Position numbers and translations under genes: made by a program. A stretch of DNA of 64,000 nucleotides from Candidatus Omnitrophota bacterium (lineage in GTDB: Bacteria > Omnitrophota > Gorgyraeia > Zapsychrales > JANLHA01): the NCBI GenBank assembly GCA_022711395.1, contig JAKLFA010000004.1, positions 70,361-134,360 on the forward strand, written 5' to 3'. This document shows positions 17,490 to 27,800 of this stretch, piece by piece. Under the pieces are notes generated by a model. The model searched no databases and was not told the origin of the DNA. It saw only the letters and a program-made list of their open reading frames with translations. Numbering within the stretch: position 1 is the first letter of the stretch; the number at the start of each line of letters is the position of its first letter.

Positions 17490-19595
17490 TTATTCAGCTT
17501 GTTTTTTACTTAAGTTGCAACGTTTGAGTTTGTCGATCTCGATCAGCTTGACCTTGATCTTATCACCGACCTTCACAACTTCATTGCAATCTTTCACATA
17601 TCCTTCAGATAATTCAGAAATATGGACCATTCCTTCGCGGCCCGGCAAAAATTCGCAAAAAGCCCCAAAATTCATGATGCGCTTGACTTCCGCGTCATAG
17701 ACCTTTCCGACTTCAGGCTCTTCCGCGAACCCTTGCAGATACTTAACGGCTCCGCGGGCGTTTTCCATATTGATCGCCGCGACGACGACCTTACCGTCAT
17801 CATCGATATCGATCGATTCGCATTGAAAATCCTCAATGATCTTTTTAATATTTTTCCCGCTCGGGCCGATCACAGCACCGATCTTATCGACCGGAATCTG
17901 ACACTGCAAGATCTTTGGAGCATACTCGGAAACTTCCTTGCGCGGCTGGGCCAAGACCTTATCCATAACAGATAAAATGTGCAGCCTTGCCTGTTTAGCC
18001 TGCTCCAAAGCCTTTTCCAAAAGCCGGAGATCCACATTCTGGATCTTGAGGTCCATCTGAATGGCGTTAACGCCATGACGCGTCCCCGCCACTTTAAAGT
18101 CCATATCACCGAAATGATCTTCCAAACCCATGATATCCGTCAACAAAACCGGAGCCTTACCTTCCTTGGTCACAAGGCCGATCGAAATACCGGCTACGGC
18201 AGCTTTAACCGGAACACCGGCATCCATCAAAGCCAAAGACCCTGAACAGACAGAAGCCATACTTGATGAACCGTTAGATTCCAAAATTTCAGAAACGATA
18301 CGGATCGTATACGGAAAATCTTCTTTATTTGGTAAAACAGCTTTCAATGCTTTGGCAGCCAACGCCCCATGACCGATATCCCGACGGGATGGCCCACGCA
18401 AAGGTTTGACCTCTCCGACACTGAAAGGAGGAAAATTATAATGCAGCATAAAATTCTCATAAAATGTACCTTCCAGCGCTTCAATCAGCTGTTCATCCTT
18501 CTTGGTCCCCAGGGTCACGACACCCAGACTCTGTGTTTGTCCGCGAGTAAATAAACTGGAGCCGTGGGTGCGCGGAAGAACGCCGGTTTCACATGCCAAA
18601 GGACGAACCTCAGCCAAAGAACGACCATCTGCGCGACGCCCCTCTTCAAAAATCAACCGGCGAACCTCATCATATTCGATCTGATCAAAAAATTTCAATA
18701 CAGATGAGGCCGTGATCTCTTCATCTTCGCAGCGCTTGCAAGCATCGTAAACGCTTAAATCTTCCGTCAATTCTTTCAGAAGACCGTCACGGGCCTTATC
18801 GCGCTCAATTTTATCCGCAATTTTATAGATCGCCGTCAACTTCTGCGCTGAACGCTTTTTAATTTCATCACACAAGGCCTGATTCACCTCAACGATCTCG
18901 ATATCTGCTTTAGGCTTTCCAAGCGAAGCTTTGATGCGTGCCTGGGCTTCCAATATCGGACGCATCTTTTCATTAGCAAAAGCCAGCGCTTCAACAATCT
19001 TGTTCTCAGGCGCTTCCTTTGCTTCACCTTCGATCATGACCAAACCATCGCCCTTGGCAACGACCGTAAAATCAAGCTGCGCCTGTTCACGCTGTGCATA
19101 GCTTGGGTTCAGCACTAATTGATCATCGACCAGAGCCACACGAGCTCCAGCGATCGGACCCTGAAATGGAATATCAGAAATTTCCAGGGCCACAGAAGCT
19201 CCATTGATCGCCAAAACATCCGGGTCATAAGCGCCATCGCTGCTTAAAACCGTGGCGACAACCTGTACTTCATTAAAAAATCCCTCCGGAAACAGCGGAC
19301 GGATAGGCCGGTCGATCACGCGAGATGTTAAGATCTCTTTCTGAGTCGGCCGTCCTTCCCGCTTAAAAAAACCGCCGGGAATCATCCCAGCGGAATATGT
19401 TTTCTCTTGATATTCGACCAAAAGCGGAAAAAAGTCGATCCCCTCGCGCGGCGTCTTGGACATACATACCGTCACCAAAACAGTTGTCCCCCCGTAGGTT
19501 ACGGTTACTGCCGCATTGGCCTGCTTGGCCAACTTACCCGTTTCAAAAATAATGCTCTGATCACCGAATGGAATCTCAATGCGTTCTTGCGTCAT
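17490..19595 (-). CDS. pnp: Polyribonucleotide nucleotidyltransferase (PNPase).
   Basis: 701 aa with two RNase PH domains, a KH domain and an S1 domain. The C-terminal S1 domain reads VGKVYDAEVKRIMNFGAFCEFLPGREGMVHISEL. It sits immediately downstream of rpsO, as in most bacteria. Confidence 0.95.
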   Translation of the reverse strand: MTQERIEIPFGDQSIIFETGKLAKQANAAVTVTYGGTTVLVTVCMSKTPREGIDFFPLLVEYQEKTYSAGMIPGGFFKREGRPTQKEILTSRVIDRPIRPLFPEGFFNEVQVVATVLSSDGAYDPDVLAINGASVALEISDIPFQGPIAGARVALVDDQLVLNPSYAQREQAQLDFTVVAKGDGLVMIEGEAKEAPENKIVEALAFANEKMRPILEAQARIKASLGKPKADIEIVEVNQALCDEIKKRSAQKLTAIYKIADKIERDKARDGLLKELTEDLSVYDACKRCEDEEITASSVLKFFDQIEYDEVRRLIFEEGRRADGRSLAEVRPLACETGVLPRTHGSSLFTRGQTQSLGVVTLGTKKDEQLIEALEGTFYENFMLHYNFPPFSVGEVKPLRGPSRRDIGHGALAAKALKAVLPNKEDFPYTIRIVSEILESNGSSSMASVCSGSLALMDAGVPVKAAVAGISIGLVTKEGKAPVLLTDIMGLEDHFGDMDFKVAGTRHGVNAIQMDLKIQNVDLRLLEKALEQAKQARLHILSVMDKVLAQPRKEVSEYAPKILQCQIPVDKIGAVIGPSGKNIKKIIEDFQCESIDIDDDGKVVVAAINMENARGAVKYLQGFAEEPEVGKVYDAEVKRIMNFGAFCEFLPGREGMVHISELSEGYVKDCNEVVKVGDKIKVKLIEIDKLKRCNLSKKQAE

Positions 19596-19614
19596 AACAC
19601 TCCCAACATGGTTT

Positions 19615-19890
19615 TTATTTACGTAAATTCAATTTTTGAAGGGTTTCTTCGTATTTTTCGGATTTATGCTTTTTCAGATAATCCAAAAGACGGCGGCGCT
19701 TGCCAATCATCATCAGCAGGCCTCGGCGGGAATGAAAATCCTTCTTGTGGGTTTTTAAATGCTCTGCAAGCTCATCGATCTTTCCTGAAAGAATCGCGAT
19801 TTGCACCTCAGGTGAACCTGTATCCTTTGCATGCACTTTGAAATTATCAATAATTTCTAATTTTTTCTCTTTAACTAATACCAATTTCAA
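19615..19890 (-). CDS. rpsO: 30S ribosomal protein S15.
   Basis: 91 aa, with [52 protein letters not shown] matching the S15 consensus. Confidence 0.95.
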   Translation of the reverse strand: MKLVLVKEKKLEIIDNFKVHAKDTGSPEVQIAILSGKIDELAEHLKTHKKDFHSRRGLLMMIGKRRRLLDYLKKHKSEKYEETLQKLNLRK

Positions 19891-20078
19891 CCTCCATGTA
19901 TATTAAACGTGTATTCTAGTTCTCTGAAAAGTTTGGTTATTATACTATCCAACAATCATTTAGTCAAGCGAAAAGGCCTGAGCGCCGCTTAAGTTTTATT
20001 TTAAAGATATATATTTATAAATATTTGTTTTTTCAATATTTTACAATTTTTATGATCAAAATTTACGCAATCCAGCCA

Positions 20079-20432
20079 TTAACCCTTGCGGCAAGATCTC
20101 GCTGGTTCACACTTATCAGAAACCTTTTTTATCTGAGATTTAATCATCCGCTCGGTTTTTTCCAGCTGTGACAGCTCCTGCAACAGCCTTTTCATCTGTT
20201 CCGTTTGTTTGCCGGTTTTCAAATCCTTCACATAGGTCTTTCCAATACGGGCGAACACTCGATCTTTTTTCAAGCTTAACGCTGTCGAATCAAGATGCAA
20301 TTTCCCTTGTTTGGAAAAAACAACCAGCTGCTGCTCCCCCTTTTTAGCCAAAGCTAAGGCCTCTTTGCTCATCAGCATTAGCTTTTCCTTGATCTTGGGC
20401 CAGTCCTTCTTAAGGTCATATTGGTCAGGCAT
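20079..20432 (-). CDS. Hypothetical Lys-rich coiled-coil protein (weak phasin-like flavour).
   Basis: 117 aa, highly charged (K/E-rich) and helical. I recognised no catalytic motif. Confidence 0.35.
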   Translation of the reverse strand: MPDQYDLKKDWPKIKEKLMLMSKEALALAKKGEQQLVVFSKQGKLHLDSTALSLKKDRVFARIGKTYVKDLKTGKQTEQMKRLLQELSQLEKTERMIKSQIKKVSDKCEPARSCRKG

Positions 20433-20542
20433 GCTCGCTCCTCCTCATTTAAGGAATTCATTATACTGAATTTTTTGCCTGATCGCCAGATGAAAATTTA
20501 ACCATATATTGCAAAAGAACAAAAATATTGTAAACTAAAACT

Positions 20543-20800
20543 ATGAAACAGTTAGCCATCCTATGCATAATCCTGGCCGTTCTAACCGTCGGCTTCTACA
20601 CTTTTATAGACATCATCGGCAAAACCATGAATGAGCCTCAGCCCGAGAGCGAAATTCCGGAAATCGAACAACTGCTAACCGATCAGCGGTCCCAGATGGA
20701 ACAGACCCAGCGGGATCAGCAACGAATGCTGGAGGAAAACCGTCGCAGAATGGATGAACAACGCCGCCAAATGCAGGATCTGCGTCGGCGCGGGTACTGA
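20543..20800 (+). CDS. Small membrane-anchored/secreted Gln/Arg-rich coiled-coil protein.
   Basis: 85 aa. An N-terminal hydrophobic segment (LAILCIILAVLTVGFYTFI) is followed by QRDQQRMLEENRRRMDEQRRQMQDLRRR. A strong rho-independent terminator follows the gene. Confidence 0.4.
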   Translation: MKQLAILCIILAVLTVGFYTFIDIIGKTMNEPQPESEIPEIEQLLTDQRSQMEQTQRDQQRMLEENRRRMDEQRRQMQDLRRRGY

Positions 20801-20821
20801 TTTTTCTAAAAACTAAAAGCC

Positions 20822-20855
20822 AAAAGCCCTCTTCAGAACGAAGAGGGCTTTTTGA
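20822..20855. terminator. Bidirectional rho-independent terminator between convergent genes.
   Basis: AAAAGCCCTCTTC-agaac-GAAGAGGGCTTTTT: a 9-bp GC-rich stem with a 5-nt loop, flanked by an A-run on one side and a T-run on the other. It serves both the plus-strand small gene and the minus-strand giant gene ending at 20888. Confidence 0.6.
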
Positions 20856-20887
20856 TTTCCCCGACATCACCATGCACCAACAAAAAC

Positions 20888-23800
20888 TTATAACATCAAT
20901 GCTTCCTGCTCCTCACGGATCATTTGGCTCAATTCACGACCCGGGGCTTCCCCAGAACCCTCATCCGACCCAAGCAAAAACGGCAACGTCTGCACCGGAG
21001 TCGTATTGATAAGGATCGGGACAAATCCTTCAATGCGCATCTCTTTGATGGGCTGTTCCGGCAAAGGCAGCGGGATCCCGCGGTCATCACGGCGGATCTG
21101 CAGGTCCAGAAATTTAGGGTTCAAATCGATACCACCGACCGGAACCCTATCACTTTCACCGGAAGCCCTTCCCAAAACAGCAGAATTGACCATTTCCTGC
21201 TCGCGCATTTCCCGTCGGTCTGCCAAAGACTGCCAGGCCGAGGCCAGTTCCTGGCGCACGGCGCGTTCATAATCGGCACTGACACTCTTTCCGCTGGCAC
21301 GATCAGCATCGATCTGGCGCAATTCTGTTTCTTTAGCAAACACCCTCCTTAAATCCGCCTGATCGGACATCAACCGTTCCCGATTCAATAAAGACAATTT
21401 TTCAGAGAATCTCCCCGGCCCTTCCTGTTTTAAAAACTCCCTGACCTCACTAAAAGTCGCCCCGCCATTAAGATCATACGCCGCCATCACCCAGGCAATA
21501 CTTACAGCATCTTCAGCGGCTTCCCGTGACATTTTAGAAGCTTCCTGCGCCGCAGAAACAACGTCAAACGCGTTTCCAGTCCCCTCAAACAAGCGCTTGA
21601 CCTTTTCTTTATCAGAGGCCTGTATCCCCAGCTCCGTGGCGAACGCTTCAACAGCATGGTCAATGATCGTCGGATTACCATTGGCGGCGACCTGACGGGA
21701 TTCAAAACCTGAAGCCCCGGTCCCATTCAAAACAGCTTCAAAAAGCCGGCCATATTCACGGACCATCGTATGAATATTGACCCTTTCATGGGCGGAGCGA
21801 AACGACCTCTCCATTCCCTTTAAAAGCTCGTCAGAGCCCCGTTCTACGTAATCATAGTATTGCTGCGCCGCCTCGGTCATGTAATCGCCGAGCTGCCGCT
21901 GCGCTTCCCGATGAAAGGTCTCGAGCACTCTCGGATCTTTATTTTCAAATCCTCGAATGACATCATCCAAAGACCACTCCTTAAAAACATCGATCAGCCA
22001 GCCATTCTGACCATGGACCACCCAATCCAACGGCCCACCCGTCGCCGTGGCAATGACCTTACGCCCATTGAACCCAGCGCGCTGATCGCTCGTACCCGAA
22101 GCCTCTCGGGTGTGGCGCGGTAAAACCAGCCAAAAGTCGCTGGCCGAGACTGCCAGCCGCATGATCTCCACACCGGTATCCGGAACAAAAACGATCTTTC
22201 CTTTCAGTTCAGGACGGTTCTGCAGTTCACGAAAACGCCTGGCCCAATCCTTTCCGACATCATCACGCCCAGGCCCGCCGATAAAAAGATTAGACCCTAA
22301 GCCCTTACGCCTCCCCCAAGGCGTGTCATATTCCTGTTCCCGATCTCCCGTGATCCAACGGACCAATTCAAGCAAAAGCCCCTGTTCCTTATATTCCACC
22401 AAGCGGCGTAACGCACCGAATATCGGACGGTTCAGATCAGTGAACTGATTATAACCTTTGCTTCCCAGCCACTGATTGAGGTCTTCCTTGGCCTGCTGCC
22501 CAGACTCAAAAAGGTCCTGTCCGGTGATCTGTTCCATACCCTTTTGATGAATGCGGGACGCCAACTGCGGTGAATACCACTGCTTTGGATCAGAGCCGTT
22601 CTGAACACCGGTCGTCTTCCAGCGTTGATTGGGAAGAACCAGCCTCTTTGTAACTTCAGCGTGTTCTAACGAAACCCCATTAACGACAGATGACATGTGT
22701 GCCAAAGCTTCCGCCGCGTTAACGACCCGATGGTCGCCATCCTGAATGACGATCGAATCAGGGACCAGGTCATTGCCCAGGGCACCTCGAAGCCAGTTCA
22801 CATCATAAAAGACCGGCAGCGCCGCCCGTTCCGGAGTATGCGTTGTCATGACCACACGGGAAGCATCAAAGACGCTCTTTGATCCATTATTCATACTTTT
22901 GAAAAAATCCCGGTCATTCTGCATGGCCACTGCCACAAACAGCATCTGCGGCTCGCTCAAACGGACGATATCCGGGGAGATCCCGACTCTTTTCACCAAT
23001 TCAACAAAAGCCCTTCCGATAAAACCGTATTGCACGATCTGTTTTGTCCCATCGGGATAAATATTCTCAAAGATCTTCGGCTGACGAAGCAAGAACACAG
23101 GCGTGCCGTTGCGGTTAACCCAATACACGTCGACCGGATAATCTTTAGTGTGATTGAACTCCACATTAAACGATAAAGGAACAAGCTCTCCGCGCTCATT
23201 GCGGACCATGACCCTCTTGATCCCCTGTTCGTTATCCCAGTCGATCCTTTGACGATCCTGTCCCTCCTGATAATATTCATACAACGGCATCACGCCGATC
23301 GAAGAAAACTTCCGAAGGTCCCGGTAAGCCCCCCAGGTCTCACCGGTCAAAAACCCAAGGCCGCCTTTCCCCTGAGCGTTTTGCGCTAATCCCTGGAGTT
23401 CAGGCAAAAACGCTTCCAGCGACACATCCGCCACGACTTTTTTTCCGCCGGAGCGCTGAAAAAAATCATCCAACGGTGTTTCCTGAAAGCGCAAAACAGC
23501 CGCATTGGTCGGACGCGAAACATCTTCAACAGCTTCAGGAGTGGCATTTTCCACCAAACCCACATCCCGCCAGGCGCGCGTGGATCCGGGCACGCCCTGC
23601 AAACCCTTGCGCACAAGCCGCGCACTGTTGCGTCCAAGATCTTCCAAACGGCCTCTCAAGCGCCCCGCCTCAACTTCTTTTGTCAAACCTTCAGGGTCAA
23701 ACCCGCCGGAAAAATACCGGCGAGGGATGACCTGCTGAACAGACGGATCGTACTCTTCCTTAATATAGTCGTAGACCCCTTTGCGGAACGCATCCAAATA

Positions 23801-24769
23801 CTGTTCATAGATCTTGTTCTTTATCTCCCGGTCATCGATATCGATCCCCTTGATCTTGTTCTGATCAACATAGACCGTCGACAAAAGACTTTCCTTTAAC
23901 GCGACCTTATACCACGTCGCCAGGACCATCGCATTGTAGATCTGACGCAAGCGGGCGAAATTCTGCCCTTCATTCACTTCTTTTTCGATCTCAGGGATCA
24001 AGACCTCCCGGATGACCTGCGAAGACACATCATTGGCGATCTTCGCATTCTCCTCCTTAAGGTCCTGAAGACCAAACGCTTGATCATTCAACCCTTCTTT
24101 TAAAGCTAAATAATCCTCTTCCAGCATGACCTTAAGGCTGCTTTGGACCACGTAGGCCGCCCCGTCATACTCATAAACAACAGCTTCTTTGGGGACGATC
24201 CATATCTTGTTAAAGGTCGCCATCGGGATCTCGGTCGTCCCAAAGGCCTCTTTAGCTTTTTTATGCACACGCTGCCAAAAATCTTTTCCCAGGCCCTCTT
24301 CGGGATACATCAGGCTTGCTGTCAATTGTTTCAAAAGGTAATCCTGCGCCAAAAGGTCCGTACCCATTTCAGTCACTCCAAAGGACGGCGGAATGATGCG
24401 GTCCCCTTCATATGGAGAAAGGTTAACCCACATCTCCTCTTCAGGAACGGTCAAGGCCGCCAAAAAATAGCGGACCATCTTCAGCGTTTCCTGATCAAGC
24501 GCTTCATCCTTAAGATCGGAATTGCCGGTATCAATAAGAAATGAGAACTGAAGCGGATTGACCGGGTCAGGACGAATACCGGTAATAACAGCAGGAACAT
24601 ACCCGGGGCTGGTGGAAACCATGGTTCCCGGAAGAGGTAAAGATGGTAAAATTTGTGCGGAGGAATTCAGCGGAGGAATTACAAGGGTGAAACAAAAGAT
24701 GAAAACAGTAACTAAACTAATGACGCGTTTAAAATAATGGGCTTGTTCTTTTTTACAAATGCAATTCAT
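20888..24769 (-). CDS. Giant exported multidomain protein: signal peptide, a conserved N-terminal module shared with the next gene, a GT35 alpha-glucan phosphorylase-like core (PLP Lys apparently replaced by Arg), a helical region, and a shared C-terminal PLPLP module.
   Basis: 1293 aa. A Sec-type signal peptide (MNCICKKEQAHYFKRVISLVTVFIFCFTLVIPPLNSSAQ) is present. Residues ~40-360 are about 70% identical to the N-terminal module of the 1570-aa neighbour. GT35 motifs are GGLGFLTGETWG, MTTHTPERAALP, VNGVSLEHAEV and EASGTSDQRAGFNG (consensus EASGT[SG]NMK). The C-terminal GGIDLNPKFLDLQIRRDDRGIPLPLPEQP...GFVPILINTTPV segment matches the neighbour's C-terminus. Confidence 0.8.
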   Translation of the reverse strand: MNCICKKEQAHYFKRVISLVTVFIFCFTLVIPPLNSSAQILPSLPLPGTMVSTSPGYVPAVITGIRPDPVNPLQFSFLIDTGNSDLKDEALDQETLKMVRYFLAALTVPEEEMWVNLSPYEGDRIIPPSFGVTEMGTDLLAQDYLLKQLTASLMYPEEGLGKDFWQRVHKKAKEAFGTTEIPMATFNKIWIVPKEAVVYEYDGAAYVVQSSLKVMLEEDYLALKEGLNDQAFGLQDLKEENAKIANDVSSQVIREVLIPEIEKEVNEGQNFARLRQIYNAMVLATWYKVALKESLLSTVYVDQNKIKGIDIDDREIKNKIYEQYLDAFRKGVYDYIKEEYDPSVQQVIPRRYFSGGFDPEGLTKEVEAGRLRGRLEDLGRNSARLVRKGLQGVPGSTRAWRDVGLVENATPEAVEDVSRPTNAAVLRFQETPLDDFFQRSGGKKVVADVSLEAFLPELQGLAQNAQGKGGLGFLTGETWGAYRDLRKFSSIGVMPLYEYYQEGQDRQRIDWDNEQGIKRVMVRNERGELVPLSFNVEFNHTKDYPVDVYWVNRNGTPVFLLRQPKIFENIYPDGTKQIVQYGFIGRAFVELVKRVGISPDIVRLSEPQMLFVAVAMQNDRDFFKSMNNGSKSVFDASRVVMTTHTPERAALPVFYDVNWLRGALGNDLVPDSIVIQDGDHRVVNAAEALAHMSSVVNGVSLEHAEVTKRLVLPNQRWKTTGVQNGSDPKQWYSPQLASRIHQKGMEQITGQDLFESGQQAKEDLNQWLGSKGYNQFTDLNRPIFGALRRLVEYKEQGLLLELVRWITGDREQEYDTPWGRRKGLGSNLFIGGPGRDDVGKDWARRFRELQNRPELKGKIVFVPDTGVEIMRLAVSASDFWLVLPRHTREASGTSDQRAGFNGRKVIATATGGPLDWVVHGQNGWLIDVFKEWSLDDVIRGFENKDPRVLETFHREAQRQLGDYMTEAAQQYYDYVERGSDELLKGMERSFRSAHERVNIHTMVREYGRLFEAVLNGTGASGFESRQVAANGNPTIIDHAVEAFATELGIQASDKEKVKRLFEGTGNAFDVVSAAQEASKMSREAAEDAVSIAWVMAAYDLNGGATFSEVREFLKQEGPGRFSEKLSLLNRERLMSDQADLRRVFAKETELRQIDADRASGKSVSADYERAVRQELASAWQSLADRREMREQEMVNSAVLGRASGESDRVPVGGIDLNPKFLDLQIRRDDRGIPLPLPEQPIKEMRIEGFVPILINTTPVQTLPFLLGSDEGSGEAPGRELSQMIREEQEALML

Positions 24770-24890
24770 TACACATTCTCCCCTTTAAATCGTTGTGATG
24801 AGATTTAGATGTGTACTATCATTGCCGCCATGGCACCCGCGTCAACCAGATGCCATGACGGTCAATAAACTTTGCAAAGAACAGATTTTT

Positions 24891-27800
24891 TTAATTCAGC
24901 AAAAAGGAAAGATCTCCCTGAGGGCCCGAAGCCCTTTTTTCCCTTTGCTGTGGAGAATCCGCCACCCCCAAAATAAGCGGGAGATTGCGCACCGGTGTCA
25001 TCTCAATGATCACCGGATAGAACCCGTCGATCTTCAATGTCTCAAGCGGCTGCTGCGGCAACGGCAGCGGAACCCCATTCGCATCACGCTCGATGGTCAA
25101 ATTCAAAAATGCCGGATTGAAGTCGATACCACCTTTTTTCCATCTGGCCTGTTCGGCCATCTGAGCAGGGTTCAAAACAGCGGCATTGGTCTCTTGCATA
25201 AACCCTTCCCATTTAGCAATAAAATCCAAACCTTCAGGGATGTCTTTTAAGCTCTTCAGGTCATGGATCAATTCCTGCGGACTATGCCTAAACGCAGCAA
25301 CTTTTCCCGCTGCCGCTAATTGAGTCACATCGCCGGTAACCATTTCGGTGTAAAGGCTGTCACCTTTCACGCGCAGATACCGCGGCAGATTGACCTCCGC
25401 AACGACTTCTTTTAATCCTTTAATGGAATACCAATTACGGAACGCGTTATAGGGCCATTTTTCTTTTCCGGAGCGATCCAAAACCTGCTGAAGATCCGAT
25501 GTTTTTAGCGCTAATGTTTCTGCCAAAAACGTCTTTCCCGTCGGCTTATGGTGCAAATAACTTCCGCCTTTCTGTCCCTTGGGGTTCCCAACAAGCTCGA
25601 TCCCGATAGCGACACCTTTATCCATCTGGTCCATAAAGTAGGCCAAACGGTGAACGCTCCCGACGTCTTCTGTCCACATGGTGAGGTCATTAACACGCTG
25701 CGTGCGGATGACATCAACTCCGCGGGACTCCAAGACATCTAAAAGATTCTGTTCAACTTTGACAAACACCCCCTGTGCATCCATCGTATAAACCTGGCCC
25801 TGCACTTTGAATTGTTCAAGCGCATAGCCATGGCCCGGAGGCAGCTGTTGGCTATTGCCATTAAAGTGCATTTCACCCTGTTCATCGGGAGAAAACCCTT
25901 TAAAAACCCGGTCGGTCAAAATATAAACATTCTCGCGGTTAAAACCATAAAAATCATTGGCAAACAGATCTTTGGCCGCCTCCTCAAAGATCATGTCATT
26001 AAAATGCACAACGATCTTTGTTTTGGCAATGACATCGTTGATGTCCTTTCCTTGCTCCTGGGCCAGTTTTTCAAGGAATTGACGATACGCGATGATCTGG
26101 CGGGGGCCCATTCCCTGATCAGACTCTGCCAATTTGAGTTCTTGATCATATTTTTGGGCTAGATCCTCTAAATACTTCTTCATTCCAGCCTCATCAAAGA
26201 CCTTGGTCTTCTCATTGGTAAATGTCTCCACCAATTTCTTTTGAAGGCTCGCGCGCTGCTTCTCTGTCAGTTTATTGGGACGGCCTAAAAGCGCCGCTAC
26301 AACATCTTTAATTTCGATGCTGTACATGGACCCTAATCCTAACCGGGTCGCAGCCCCGCCGAAATTGAAATGCGGGGTGATCTTGCCTTCTAGATAGGCG
26401 TTACGGGCCTCGGGCAATCGTGCCTCAACAGCCTTGTATTCAGAAACAACGTCCACCTGGCCAGCCTCGAGGTCTTCAGATTTCACAACCTCACCGTTGA
26501 TCCGAAGCGCGTTGACTTCATTCACCACGCGCTCAAGTTCTTCATCCTGCTTCTCTCGAAGGGCCTTGAAAAAGTCCATTTTTCCTTCAGCGCTCATTCG
26601 GGCGAGCAGATCTACGACGTCCTGCCCCATCTTAGCCTGTTCTTCATCGCCTGACAGAACCGCCGCGTTGGTCGGATCTGCCTCCTTGGGAACAAACTCA
26701 TTGTATTGTGCAATATGCTGCATGGCCCGTCCGAGATCCTGCGGGGCCTTCATATCCCGGATCACTTCCGGTTTTTCCTGATCGCTTTTCATATCCTTTT
26801 GATCATTCAACTGAAAAGCGATTACATCATTCGGAGTAAGGGCGAGCTGCGTGATATCTCCCGTCACCATTTCCGTATAAAAATAAAATTTTCCATCTTT
26901 TTCAACGACCCTCAAATACTTTCTCAATCGGGCGTTTGTCAGCATTTGCTTTAAGCCTGTAACTGTATAAAGATTCCGGAATGCATTGTAGGGCCATTCT
27001 TCTTCTCCGCTGTTATTATACAGTCCCGCGTATTCAGGTGATCTCATGGCAAGCGTTTCAACCAGAAAACTCATTCCTGCCCCACCACCTATATTCTCAG
27101 TGACCCATGTCCCACCTTTTTGTTTTCCCGGATTGGCCACAAGTTCAATTCCAACCTTGGCGCCGTCATTTGCAACTTTATCCAGGAAAAACGCAACTCG
27201 TTTAACACTACCGACATCTTCTGTCCATAAAGAAACATCATTCACGCGTTGAGTACGAATCACTTCAGCCGGTGTTTCCCGACCACTTAACAACTGAAGC
27301 AGGGTTTTATCGATCACCAAAGAAAGAACTCCTTTGGAATCCAGCTTCCAAACCTGCTGAACACGGTTGAACTGCTCCAACGCAAACCCGTGCCCAGGAG
27401 GAAGTTTTCCGCTTTTATCTTCAAATTTTGTACCACCATTATCTGTCAGCGAAAATCCCTGAAACACATCATCAACCAAAACATAAACATTTTCGGCATT
27501 AAACCCATAAAATGAATGCGCCTTCAGATCCTCAATGACATCACTGAAAATCTCTCCGTTCAAATGAACAATGATCGGTGCCTGGTTGACAACTTTCTTA
27601 GCCTTCTCGGGATTTGTCCCATCAGGATCGGCTAGTTTCTCAAGAAAGACCCTGTAAGCGATGATCTGACGTGGGCCCATGGGAATATCTTCACGGCCAC
27701 TCTTATTAAATAAATCGAGCTCTTTTGTTAAAGTCGCTTTAAAACTGTCTAAAGCCTGTTGCCGTTGCTCCGCCGTCCACTCTTTCGCATTTTCTTTTTT

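Noticed and set aside
20079-20432. Assignment of the 117-aa K/E-rich protein as a PHA phasin.
   Set aside because: The resemblance is compositional only; no PHA synthase or other PHA genes lie nearby.
20888-21190. C-terminal PLPLP module interpreted as a PEP-CTERM or other C-terminal sorting signal.
   Set aside because: PEP-CTERM requires a TM helix and a basic cluster at the extreme C-terminus. Here 25-45 hydrophilic residues follow the hydrophobic patch and there is no terminal Arg cluster.
21725-23437. Alternative reading of the central domain of the 1293-aa protein as a GT5/GT3 glycogen synthase.
   Set aside because: The TTHTPE, NGVS.EHAEV and EASGTS blocks match GT35 phosphorylase signatures rather than the KxGGL motif of GT5 synthases.
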